In this document: positions 9,680 to 21,696 of the stretch, in pieces
Layout: each line of letters begins with the position of its first letter
Numbering within the stretch: the first letter of the stretch is position 1
From: Octopus bimaculoides
Taxonomy: Eukaryota
DNA: 42,981 nucleotides
Direction of reading: 5' to 3'
NCBI RefSeq assembly: GCF_001194135.2
Contig: NC_068988.1
Location: 22,082,390 to 22,125,370 of the forward strand
Notes under the pieces: generated by a model
Databases searched by the model: none
Told to the model about the DNA's origin: nothing
The model's input: only the letters and a program-made list of their open reading frames with translations
Translations under genes and position numbers: made by a program

Positions 9680-10085
9680 ATACTAACAACAACAAACGAA
9701 CGACGGAAGTATCACCGTCTCGGTTCCACCATCACACCATGCACGACCATTACTATCGCCATTACGAAATCTTTCACTGCAACAATCAACACCATCACCA
9801 CCACCACCACCACCACCACAAATAACAACGACAAATCCATTAACCTGATGAACTTTTACAAATATTACAGAAATAAGAGCCACGCCACCATCGCCAATCC
9901 TCTGTTAACCAACCAAACTTAACCCCAGCAAATATTACTACCATTAACACTACATCCATATCTACAGGCTCTTTAGCAAAATAACCACCACTACCTTTAA
10001 AATTACCACTACCACAATACTATTATACTCTTACTGCTACCAACCTCTCTCTTCAATATCGATATCAACACCACCACTATCAACA
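9680..10085. repeat. Decayed (ACC/AAC/ACT)n low-complexity tract
   Basis: CAC/CAA/ACT triplets throughout; source of the poly-His and poly-Thr pseudo-ORFs. Confidence 0.85.
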
Positions 10086-10123
10086 GCGTCATAATCAAGC
10101 CTTTCTTAAATGTGTGAACAACA

Positions 10124-10345
10124 GAGCCTCTGTGATGTCGCTTGTACTGCTGGAAATAGCGTTTAAATTTGCCACAAGTCACATTCCAGCATCTTAGACA
10201 AAGGAAGACATTAGATAATGTTGTCTCGTGATCCGTGTAGAAAGAAAGAAAAAAAAAACGGGAGGGCCACTCTTGGGTTAGTTCTGCTCATAAGTCTGTT
10301 CTCATTTCATAGAGCTGGTCTTGGGTTGAACAATAACGACAGCAG
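10124..10345 (+). mobile_element. Dispersed repeat family D with (AAC)-like tail
   Basis: TGCTGGAAATAGC..GGAAGACATTAGATAATGT..GGGTTGAACAATAACGAC; homologous to 33852-34072 (minus). Confidence 0.65.
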
Positions 10346-10397
10346 CAACAACAATGATGATGCAAATAATAAACATCCTTATCTTCCCTCACTTCCT

Positions 10398-10400
<3 letters not shown>

Positions 10401-10481
<81 letters not shown>

Positions 10482-10619
10482 TATATTATACATACACAAG
10501 ATGAATGTTGTACAGAATATACTCAGTGAAAATACACCGACAAATGAGAGCTATATCACTCAGAGCATAGAATTAGTATTCCCAAAATTGTTGTTGTGTT
10601 CGTAATCTAATTCCTTGCA

Positions 10620-10684
<65 letters not shown>

Positions 10685-10690
10685 CACACA
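10401..10690. repeat. Two (CA)n microsatellites (10401-10477 and 10620-10690)
   Basis: Seen directly. Confidence 0.97.
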
Positions 10691-11369
10691 TAAAGCTGCA
10701 TTATATGTATGTATAAATAAATAAATAATAGGAGAGAGACAGGGGCGAGAAATAAAAACCAAGAACAATTAGATTTGATGTCTATTGTTGTGAACAAAGA
10801 CTGACCCCTAATGATTGTATAGCGGCTTTGTCTTTTTTTTTTTTTCTGTGTATGTATGTTTTATTGTTTTCATTTAACTAGGCACTTTGCCAACATCCAC
10901 TAAAGAAAGGGTGTACTGAAAAAAAGTCGATAAATCTCAGGAAAAAATGTTATTAGGTGAATGGTTGAAAATTCGCGGGAAGAATTTGAACGCTTAATGT
11001 CGAAATGCAATAGAATTACGAAACACATTTCTCCTCAAAGATTTTTTGGCTTTCAGTGAATACCAACCGGTTGGGTGAAGCAGGTCGAGGAAAAAATGGA
11101 AACCGATCAATATGTATGATATGCCAACAACCAATCTNNNNNNNNNNNNNNNNNNNNNNNNNNNNNNNNNNNNNNNNNNNNNNNNNNNNNNNNNNNNNNN
11201 NNNNNNNNNNNNNNNNNNNNNNNNNNNNNNNNNNNNNNNNNNNNNNNNNNNNNNNNNNNNNNNNNNNNNNNNNNNNNNNNNNNNNNNNNNNNNNNNNNNN
11301 NNNNNNNNNNNNNNNNNNNNNNNNNNNNNNNNNNNNNNNNNNNNNNNNNNNNNNNNNNNNNNNNNNNNN

Positions 11370-11509
11370 TCCGGGTTGAGTCCCACTGCGTACCACCTTG
11401 GCCAAGTGTTTTCTGCTATAGCCTCGGGCCGTCCAAAGCCTTGTGAGTGGATTTGGAAGACGTAAACTGAAAGAAGCCCGTCGTAAATATGTATATATAT
11501 ATATATATC

Positions 11510-11556
<47 letters not shown>

Positions 11557-11727
11557 TTTGTGTGTCTGTGTTTACGTTCCCGTAACTTAGTGGTTCGGCA
11601 AAAGAGACCGATAGAATAAGTACTAGGCTTACAAAGAATAAGTCCTGGCGTCGATTTTCTCGACTAATGGCGGTGCTCCAGCATGGACACAGTCAAAATG
11701 AATGAAACAAGTAAAAGTGTAAAAGAA
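11370..11727 (+). mobile_element. SINE family A with internal (TA)n(TG)n microsatellite; head lost in gap
   Basis: Closely matches the reverse complement of 42490-42899, e.g. CCACTGCG..CACCTTGG..CTATAGCCTCGGGCC..CAAAGCCTTGTGAGTGGATTTGG and AGAATAAGTACTAGGCTT..GTGCTCCAGCATGG. Confidence 0.95.
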
Positions 11728-12327
11728 TATATTCTCATTCTGTTAGTTCGAAACGCTAGTCCAGTACCGTATATGAGAAGACGTGCTTAATTCTATCGAC
11801 AACGAAAGGATGAACCGGTAAGTCGAAACAGCAATATTTGAACTCAGAATGAGAGCCAAAACAACTAGGATGGAGCAATTTATCGTAGCCGCCTTCTTGA
11901 ATATTAGTTTCAAATTTTACGTGATTACAGGGGAGAGGCTAAGTCGATTACATTCTCCGATGAATGCTACTTCACTAAAAGACAAACTATTGTCTAAAAT
12001 GTTAGGATGGGAACGCTTATCTTCTAATATTGATGAGCCTATGAATCCCTCGGGAGGTCGTCGTACTTATATTTGCCAATGTAATCATGTTATTAGGAAT
12101 AATATATTCCTTTAAGTCGGATATTGGAGAATCAGAAAAATGCAAAATCGTTACATCAAAGAATATAATTCATTCTTTCTTGGTTCTTCGTTCAAATTCT
12201 ATGTTGTTTATCGTCTTTCTCATGTAGCATCAATTGCCTCACACTTTTCTGTCCCTGAATCAATGTAAGTAGACGTTTTAGAGAAAAGGGCACGATATGC
12301 AGACTAAAGAAATACTAACAAAGCGAA

Positions 12328-12830
12328 GCATCATCGAGTCAGGCTGATTGCCCGGGCCACCCTGATTGCTCGGGCCAGCCTGTTTACCTCTCTCTATCCC
12401 TCCCGATCTTCTATTTGTATTTTTAGGTCTTCAACTTGGCATACAACATCTTCTGCAAGGTGTTTTGTATACATTTTCCGTGGTCGTCCGGCCGCTGTGG
12501 TACTATGATTTGATGTCCACAGCAACACATTGGTCACAAGTTCTTCTCTACTTCTCCAGCAGTGGCTAGCAAACCTCAATCTCCGCTCTTCGATGGTTGA
12601 TGAAATAGTTGGTACATTCCCATATAACCGTTGTTTTGTTGGGCTCTCCTTCCAAGATATGTTGAGCACTGCACGTAACATTCTGGTATAGGCACCGTCC
12701 AGCATGCACCTGAGTTTCTTAGTGAGTCCAAATCGGAGATCCATATACAAGCACAGATACAGCAACTGCTCTAAGAGCTTTCTTTTTAATTTAACAAACA
12801 GAAGCCATTGAAAAATGTCAACGACTTTAC
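12328..12830 (-). pseudogene. RTE-clade LINE 3' end (RT C-terminal region), 5'-truncated
   Basis: RAVAVSVLVYGSPIWT/LTKKLRCMLDGAYTRMLRAVLNISWKESPTKQRLYG..EERRLRFASHCWRSREELVTNVLLW..GRPRKMY..DREG*RERV; ends in TGATGATG. Confidence 0.9.
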
Positions 12831-15446
12831 TTACCTTGGCAGAAATATTTTTTCCAATTGTTTCCACTGAAAAAGAAATTAAACCGCGCGTAGCTAAGGT
12901 TTCGGCAGCTATAGACGGTCTTAGAACAATATGGAAGATAACGAAACACGTTAACGGTATTTAACCCAAACTCTTTAAGGCTTGAGTTAAAATCTTGGAG
13001 GAGTTTATCAATTTGAACCCTCATTCTTTGCTATACATAAAATATATACCTAACTCGTGCATAGAGATCGATAAAATCAAATAACAAAATTGGAAATGTT
13101 TGGCCTTGTGCCAATCTAGAAAATCGTTATTACTACATTTACTATTGTAGTGTATATTGTTACCATTTAATATATATATATATATATATANNNNNNNNNN
13201 NNNNNNNNNNNNNNNNNNNNNNNNNNNNNNNNNNNNNNNNNNNNNNNNNNNNNNNNNNNNNNNNNNNNNNNNNNNNNNNNNNNNNNNNNNNNNNNNNNNN
13301 NNNNNNNNNNNNNNNNNNNNNNNNNNNNNNNNNNNNNNNNNNNNNNNNNNNNNNNNNNNNNNNNNNNNNNNNNNNNNNNNNNNNNNNNNNNNNNNNNNNN
13401 NNNNNNNNNNNNNNNNNNNNNNNNNNNNNNNNNNNNNNNNNNNNNNNNNNNNNNNNNNNNNNNNNNNNNNNNNNNNNNNNNNNNNNNNNNNNNNNNNNNN
13501 NNNNNNNNNNNNNNNNNNNNNNNNNNNNNNNNNNNNNNNNNNNNNNNNNNNNNNNNNNNNNNNNNNNNNNNNNNNNNNNNNNNNNNNNNNNNNNNNNNNN
13601 NNNNNNNNNNNNNNNNNNNNNNNNNNNNNNNNNNNNNNNNNNNNNNNNNNNNNNNNNNNNNNNNNNNNNNNNNNNNNNNNNNNNNNNNNNNNNNNNNNNN
13701 NNNNNNNNNNNNNNNNNNNNNNNNNNNNNNNNNNNNNNNNNNNNNNNNNNNNNNNNNNNNNNNNNNNNNNNNNNNNNNNNNNNNNNNNNNNNNNNNNNNN
13801 NNNNNNNNNNNNNNNNNNNNNNNNNNNNNNNNNNNNNNNNNNNNNNNNNNNNNNNNNNNNNNNNNNNNNNNNNNNNNNNNNNNNNNNNNNNNNNNNNNNN
13901 NNNNNNNNNNNNNNNNNNNNNNNNNNNNNNNNNNNNNNNNNNNNNNNNNNNNNNNNNNNNNNNNNNNNNNNNNNNNNNNNNNNNNNNNNNNNNNNNNNNN
14001 NNNNNNNNNNNNNNNNNNNNNNNNNNNNNNNNGAAAATGCTAAAATAATATTATAAAAAACAGTTCAATATCGGTTTCAGTTATTGAGACTTTTTCAACT
14101 GTAAGTATGGAAAACAATTAGATTTTGGAAAAGTTAAAAGAAATGTTTTTTAAAAGAATATTTGCATAGTATTCAAATACAAGTTATAAGAAGTATGCTG
14201 AATTGATGGGAAACACTAGATTGGTGATGAGAAGAGCTGCTTCAGGAGCATCACTTTCTATGAAAAGAGTATACATCATTTCTCTTAAGGGCACCGTCTG
14301 CACAAACAAAGTATAGTTAAGTTCTGGATACGCCCCTTAGTTAAGTGAGCCAAAAATAGAATTTAATCGATTGAAATTATATATGCAATTAGAAATTTAA
14401 TTGACCAGGCGTCAAATGCAGTATGCAAAGAGAGGTGTATGTGTAATATGCCAAAGATTAAACTAAATCCTTACTCGGGGTTTAAGTTAATCACCATTTA
14501 ATCTTTGGTGAGTAGACATGTTGGGAACATTTTCCTTGCGTTGTCTGTGAGCAATTTTCATTCATACCGGTGAATAAAAATAATTTTCCGCGTACCACAT
14601 TAAATATATTAATTGAATACTAATTAATGTTATATCATATATCCCTATCATTGAATAACGTGGTTTGAGTGGCATCCTTACGAATAATTCTAAACTATAG
14701 AACCAGAAAGTCCTTCAGCTACAGTAATTTTCGGTGTTATCGACACTACGAAACCCATGTGAGATCTGCAATGGTCTGCTGTTGTTAAATGCCTAACACA
14801 GTTGCTGCACTACACACACACACACACACAAACACACACGCACACACACACACACACACACACACNNNNNNNNNNNNNNNNNNNNNNNNNNNNNNNNNNN
14901 NNNNNNNNNNNNNNNNNNNNNNNNNNNNNNNNNNNNNNNNNNNNNNNNNNNNNNNNNNNNNNNNNNNNNNNNNNNNNNNNNNNNNNNNNNNNNNNNNNNN
15001 NNNNNNNNNNNNNNNNNNNNNNNNNNNNNNNNNNNNNNNNNNNNNNNNNNNNNNNNNNNNNNNNNNNNNNNNNNNNNNNNNNNNNNNNNNNNNNNNNNNN
15101 NNNNNNNNNNNNNNNNNNNNNNNNNNNNNNNNNNNNNNNNNNNNNNNNNNNNNNNNNNNNNNNNNNNNNNNNNNNNNNNNNNNNNNNNNNNNNNNNNNNN
15201 NNNNNNNNNNNNNNNNNNNNNNNNNNNNNNNNNNNNNNNNNNNNNNNNNNNNNNNNNNNNNNNNNNNNNNNNNNNNNNNNNNNNNNNNNNNNNNNNNNNN
15301 NNNNNNNNNNNNNNNNNNNNNNNNNNNNNNNNNNNNNNNNNNNNNNNNNNNNNNNNNNNNNNNNNNNNNNNNNNNNNNNATAATTAACTGATCAAACCTG
15401 TATTTTGCTTTACCCAAAGTCAAAAACTTTTCTCCAGGCCTTCGTA

Positions 15447-15489
15447 TCCATCCATCCATCCATCCATCCATCCATCCATCCATCTATCC

Positions 15490-15541
<52 letters not shown>

Positions 15542-15542
15542 C
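15447..15542. repeat. Compound (TCCA)n(TCTA)n microsatellite
   Basis: Seen directly. Confidence 0.95.
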
Positions 15543-16974
15543 TTAGACGATATCCAAACATTGGCAATTGTTTAGCCAAAAATCACTCATATACATTGTC
15601 CACCCTCTGAGATAGGTACACTCCCTTTCCTTCTTTCTTCTTTCTTTCTTTCTTTCTTTCTTTCTTTTTCTCTCTGCCTTCAATACCTTTACTGTGATGG
15701 CTTCTGATCCTCGGGACCAGTTACTCCGACTCCTGACATCTCCGGTCAAGTATTCCAGCTAAATTCATTTCTCCTTTTTATCTCATGTTGTAGATTTCCC
15801 TTCTAGGTCCACCGCTAATCCAGTCCTTTCTTCCTAGATCCCCGTACCCCTGAAATCATCTCCCTGTTAGTGCCTGACACTCAGGTGTTAACTTGCAAAT
15901 ATTTAGAGGAACATTAATGGCGTAAATCTCACAAATCCAGGAAGAAGTGAAACGCCATTGATACTGTACCATTCTCCAGAACCTGCAAGTAAATACAACG
16001 ACACTTAATACATTTTAACATTTATGTTTGTTCAAAAGTTATTCAACAATGGAAATATTTTTGTTCCATATCAATAGAAAATGTTGAAGTGAACGATGGC
16101 ATCGACTGACTCATACAGAAATATATTTAGATTTTGGTAAGATAAAACAAACGTTTGTTAGGAAAGCAAGTTCGCAGAACAATTCAAAACTGAATAAATA
16201 ATACGAAATGTGTGTAAGGTCACCAGACCAGAACAAATTTTGCGGTGAGGAGAAAACATTCACATCGTATTTTTAGAAAATATTTCTTAATGTATATAGT
16301 GCCCAGAAAGTGTATATGACATAAACATGTAATCTTTATCATTTTACAATGGACGCTGTATAGATGCTCGCTGTAGAGGGCTAAAGCGGAAAACATGCGG
16401 TTTTAAGGTTGCATGCACATTTGTGAATGTTTAAGTGCAGCATTCTGAAAGTATGGGCACAATGGGAAGTTGTATATGTAACAGTATATTTTGTTGCTAT
16501 AATTTTTATTAAATCCTATCGATTCAGCTTTTTTCAAGCATATTCAAAACTCTTGTTCTACACTTATATATATATGTATATATGTATATATATANNNNNN
16601 NNNNNNNNNNNNNNNNNNNNNNNNNNNNNNNNNNNNNNNNNNNNNNNNNNNNNNNNNNNNNNNNNNNNNNNNNNNNNNNNNNNNNNNNNNNNNNNNNNNN
16701 NNNNNNNNNNNNNNNNNNNNNNNNNNNNNNNNNNNNNNNNNNNNNNNNNNNNNNNNNNNNNNNNNNNNNNNNNNNNNNNNNNNNNNNNNNNNNNNNNNNN
16801 NNNNNNNNNNNNNNNNNNNNNNNNNNNNNNNNNNNNNNNNNNNNNNNNNNNNNNNNNNNNNNNNNNNNNNNNNNNNNNNNNNNNNNNNNNNNNNNNNNNN
16901 NNNNNNNNNNNNNNNNNNNNNNNNNNNNNNNNNNNNNNNNNNNNNNNNNNNNNNNNNNNNNNNNNNNNNNNNNN

Positions 16975-17004
<30 letters not shown>

Positions 17005-17007
<3 letters not shown>

Positions 17008-17200
17008 AAGAATTCACAAAAAAAAAAACAGCAGTCGAAGACAGATGGTGTAGACAACAAACAGATGTATTAGTATATCGCTCGGGAATTGAAAAAGTCT
17101 CTAACGTTTCGAAGCTACGCTCTTCCACAGAAAGGGGCACAGAAAGAAATAAGGAGAGAAACAAGGAGAGAAAAAAGGAGGGACAAAATGTGTGTAGTGG
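17005..17200 (-). mobile_element. Penelope-like terminal repeat, family P1, second copy
   Basis: Homologous to 3566-3714; its 3' end runs into (TA)n at 17004. Confidence 0.7.
17099..17134 (-). ncRNA. Minimal hammerhead-like fold (A6U core), second P1 copy
   Basis: Minus strand: CTTT CTGTGGA A GAG-cgtagc-TTC GAA ACGT T AGAG. Stems I and II are each kept with one G-U pair. Confidence 0.55.
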
Positions 17201-17777
17201 TAAAATAAGTGTTTGGGCGTATGGAAGATTTTAACTGCTGTTTCTATCAGGGCGAATGACCTTGTATGTAGTTCTCTATTTGACACTTCAATAATAGTAA
17301 GCAAAAGAATGTAACCGTCTCTCCTCCAATCCATACTCGGAGAAAAACGAATGGAAGAAAAACTACACAATATAGAGTAGTTTGAAAGACAAAAGCATGA
17401 GAATGCTAGAGAAAAAGAAACGGCCTTGAACAAACCATTACTGTTCTGAGAAATTGGGTTGTAGTAAAGTTAATTCTAATCTCGAACATTCAGTATAATA
17501 ATTATTAGTCTTCAAGTTTGAACTTAACTTAAAGGAGAAAAATATTGGATCCGAAATCGATGTTTACTTCGAAGAAAATTTTAAGAGCTCTGAGATGTTG
17601 ATGAGAATTTACAAACAGCACGAATAGACTGAACATGATATTGCTGCCATAATTTGAGAAGGCAGTTCAGAGGGTTAAGGTTATATAATAGTGCTTATTG
17701 ATTGGATTTTATCGTTACATTATACGAATGTCGTTTATTTTTATGTGTGACTCTACTAAACTTAAACAATCACCACC

Positions 17778-17866
17778 GACATCATCATCATCATCATCAT
17801 CATCATCCACATCGTCTACATCATCAAAACTACAGCTATCAATATCACATCATCATCGTCATCGTC
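17778..17866. repeat. (CAT)n imperfect microsatellite
   Basis: Seen directly. Confidence 0.9.
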
Positions 17867-17964
17867 ATCAGAAGCACGACCAGAAGCATTACTGTATGTT
17901 TATTACAATATTTATTCAATAGCTCCAATGGAAATTTGCGGTGCAATATATGATGTAATAAAGA

Positions 17965-18462
17965 AAGCCCTATGTCGTAACAAGGCCTGCTAGAAATAAT
18001 TACTAAATCTTCATCATTATTCCCTGAAATCTCATCTTACCGTTTTAAGTAAGAACAGAGCACAATAGGCTGTTTAGTCCGGCACAGCTATAAAAAAAAC
18101 CTTGGGGCGCGTCTAGAACATCCTCCGATCATATTTCTGTTTATGGGTATTGTCATGAGGCTAAACAAACATCATAAACACCAGGAAATGGTGGAACGAG
18201 TCTCAACACCGCTGCTGCAACTAGTAATAGAAATAGCAGCCGAATCTTATTTAAATTCACAATATATCGTCCTAAAGAGAGAAGGACATATAAATAGTGT
18301 GATCGTGGATAAAAGAAAAAATAAGACATGGGTTATTTACGAAAGAAACACCTATGCCTGTGTACCTAGGGCTACATTATCCAATGTGTTCTTTCTTCTG
18401 TGGTTCTTGACAGTCGTTTATGAACTAGGGGAGATTTGGCAGCTCTTTCTACCAGGTATTGC
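17965..18462. mobile_element. Cluster of three family D fragments (17965-18055 +, 18200-18320 +, 18360-18462 -)
   Basis: GCCTGCTAGAAATAA; AGAAATAGCAGCCGAATCT..GAAGGACATATAAATAGTG; and the reverse-complement CTACATTATCCAATGTGTTCTT..GAGATTTGGCAGCTCTTTCTACCAGG. Confidence 0.65.
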
Positions 18463-19734
18463 AACTTATAGATACTACCTCGTTGATTGACTTTGAACTA
18501 AGTTGAGAGCCCAAAGATAGTTATCTAGTGAACCAATTATTGTTGGCATGATTTTCACTCTCACTCTTTCAGCTTACTTTTTTCAATTTCAATTTTGCGG
18601 AAGACACCATAATATTTATGACTTTACATTTGAATACGTTGGATCTGGGCAGTTCAAATACTCACCTTATTAGTCTGAATAAACATGCCCCAGAAGTAAC
18701 TTAGTTATGTTATTGTTATCGAGTAAATTTCATGCATCATTATGGAAATTATCTAAATTTCGATGCAGAATTTGTACGAATTTTGTGTTATGATCTTTAT
18801 TAATATCTAGTTATAGCTGTGTATATATTCTTTTCAAGGGGATAGTAAACATACATTAAGCTGGAAAGGTTTCTGTGATTGCGTCCCTTCTCCTAAAAGA
18901 AGATATTCAACTTTATCAGAGTTTAGTTCCTGTTATTGGGTTCATTTGAAAGGGAATTGTTCAGGGTTCCGATTAAGATAATCAAACTGAAATAAAAGTT
19001 GACTCCAAGGTAACTATTCATCTGAAAGGTCAGACAGTGGATATGTATGCCAACAACACTCTCATGCATACTTACATAGAACTATATATTGATGCATTGC
19101 CTCAACTTTCATTTTGATTACAATTTAGCGTCTGTGTTACAGGGGCTTGCGTAACTTTTTACTAGGTTCATCTTATGCCTGTACTTCGTGTGTGTATGAA
19201 TGCACTGAAGCAAACTGCGTCTTTTATAAGAGATTCATGTGCGTTCTGATGTGGTTTCAGGTGCAATTTCCTACGCTTTTATTGTTGATGTACGAGATCA
19301 AGAGTAATACATGATTGTGTAACGTTGCTTGTTGAAACTTTAAACATTGCATTAATTGTAGGGCATGATGGAAACTTATGTACGGTCTTCTGGAAATACC
19401 GTTAGTGTCAAAATAGATATACAGAACACATTCTATGTACTGTGTAGACATATCTAGGTGATTTCACTTGCTGTGTATTCTGCAATGTTTGATAATTATC
19501 TGTCGAATCATTTAGTATGGAATGATACAATTTGCTCCTACTGTTAACATTTTATTTAATCCGATATACTAACACTTTAACAATAATGATAATAATCAAT
19601 GGGATCCCAAATACTGATGAAACAATAGGGGCGCTGTTGTGACATTCAGTGTGTCTTTGACATTTTCAGTGTCTTGTAACCTCGACCTTTTCCGGCAGCA
19701 ATATAGACGATGCCTTCCAGGAAGACAGAGGAAG

Positions 19735-19763
19735 AGATAGGTAGATAGATTGATAGATAGATA

Positions 19764-19842
<79 letters not shown>
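19735..19842. repeat. (GATA)n followed by (GA)n microsatellite
   Basis: Seen directly. Confidence 0.97.
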
Positions 19843-19850
<8 letters not shown>

Positions 19851-19870
19851 AATGGAAGATAGAAAGGTAA

Positions 19871-20049
19871 GGCGGCGAGCAGACAGAAAAGTTAGCACGC
19901 CGGGCGAAATGCTTAGCGGTATTTTGTCTGCCGCTACGTTACGTACCAGTTACGCATTAGGATCGATATAATCGACTTAATCCGTTTGTCTGTCCTTGTT
20001 TATCCCTTCTCTGTGTTTAGCACCTTGTGGGCAGTAAAGAAAGAAAGAA
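19871..20049 (+). mobile_element. SINE family B (alternative tail), internal deletion removing the B-box region
   Basis: GGCGGCGAGC..GCCGGGCGAAATGCTTAGCGG head; ACGTT joined to ACGTACCAGTT; tail GTTTGTCTGTCCTTGTTT..GTGGGCAGTAAAGAAAG. Confidence 0.9.
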
Positions 20050-20610
20050 GATACACAAAGGTAAACTACAAAGGAATTATTTATCCTAGTAATGTACCGA
20101 AACCGAAAGGATGCAAAGCAAATTTAACCTCTCAAGTATGTGAACACACTATGCACAGAAACGGAACGAATGACGCAATGGAATCTACCCAATGCTGTTA
20201 CAACACAGTCGGATGATATCTATGTTAATTATAATATATTATAATAAAAATCTTTAAGTTACCATTGGTGTTTGTATATATATATAAAAAAAATATTTGG
20301 TAGAAAACAGTGTGACGTCAAATTATTTGCAGTACGTAGTTGCGTAGCAAGGTTATTATTATTTGAAATGACATGGTATTTTATATCATTTTTTTCTTCA
20401 TCTTGCAATCTTCAAAATAAACGAAAGTGTCCAATATTTCCGTTACATTTCCTGTATGATTCATTCACTTTAAAGATGTTTCGGTGAATTTGGTATTCTG
20501 TGGACTCTATCACATTATATATCTGTATATCACGCTTCGTTTTCAAATATAAACTCAAAAGATGATGAATAACATGATTCATAGAAGAACATTTTATAAA
20601 CACACACACG

Positions 20611-20670
<60 letters not shown>

Positions 20671-21655
20671 NNNNNNNNNNNNNNNNNNNNNNNNNNNNNN
20701 NNNNNNNNNNNNNNNNNNNNNNNNNNNNNNNNNNNNNNNNNNNNNNNNNNNNNNNNNNNNNNNNNNNNNNNNNNNNNNNNNNNNNNNNNNNNNNNNNNNN
20801 NNNNNNNNNNNNNNNNNNNNNNNNNNNNNNNNNNNNNNNNNNNNNNNNNNNNNNNNNNNNNNNNNNNNNNNNNNNNNNNNNNNNNNNNNNNNNNNNNNNN
20901 NNNNNNNNNNNNNNNNNNNNNNNNNNNNNNNNNNNNNNNNNNNNNNNNNNNNNNNNNNNNNNNNNNNNNNNNNNNNNNNNNNNNNNNNNNNNNNNNNNNN
21001 NNNNNNNNNNNNNNNNNNNNNNNNNNNNNNNNNNNNNNNNNNNNNNNNNNNNNNNNNNNNNNNNNNNNNNNNNNNNNNNNNNNNNNNNNNNNNNNNNNNN
21101 NNNNNNNNNNNNNNNNNNNNNNNNNNNNNNNNNNNNNNNNNNNNNNNNNNNNNNNNNNNNNNNNNNNNNNNNNNNNNNNNNNNNNNNNNNNNNNNNNNNN
21201 NNNNNNNNNNNNNNNNNNNNNNNNNNNNNNNNNNNNNNNNNNNNNNNNNNNNNNNNNNNNNNNNNNNNNNNNNNNNNNNNNNNNNNNNNNNNNNNNNNNN
21301 NNNNNNNNNNNNNNNNNNNNNNNNNNNNNNNNNNNNNNNNNNNNNNNNNNNNNNNNNNNNNNNNNNNNNNNNNNNNNNNNNNNNNNNNNNNNNNNNNNNN
21401 NNNNNNNNNNNNNNNNNNNNNNNNNNNNNNNNNNNNNNNNNNNNNNNNNNNNNNNNNNNNNNNNNNNNNNNNNNNNNNNNNNNNNNNNNNNNNNNNNNNN
21501 NNNNNNNNNNNNNNNNNNNNNNNNNNNNNNNNNNNNNNNNNNNNNNNNNNNNNNNNNNNNNNNNNNNNNNNNNNNNNNNNNNNNNNNNNNNNNNNNNNNN
21601 NNNNNNNNNNNNNNNNNNNNNNNNNNNNNNNNNNNNNNNNNNNNNNNNNNNNNNN

Positions 21656-21696
<41 letters not shown>

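Noticed and set aside
10880-11060. KERVY..EEFERLMSK, resembling a Tc1/mariner C-terminus
   Set aside because: Too degenerate; no catalytic motif or TIR seen.
14033-14330. Non-repetitive segment with splice-like signals (GTAAGT at 14101, minus-strand acceptors)
   Set aside because: All frames are short and unrecognisable.
15933-15982. Candidate 50-nt minus-strand exon (TTACTTGCAG acceptor, GTGAGA donor; VLENGTVSMAFHFFLD or SGEWYSINGVSLLPGF)
   Set aside because: Splice-like signals are common by chance; there is no recognisable protein and no partner exon. RNA-seq would be needed.
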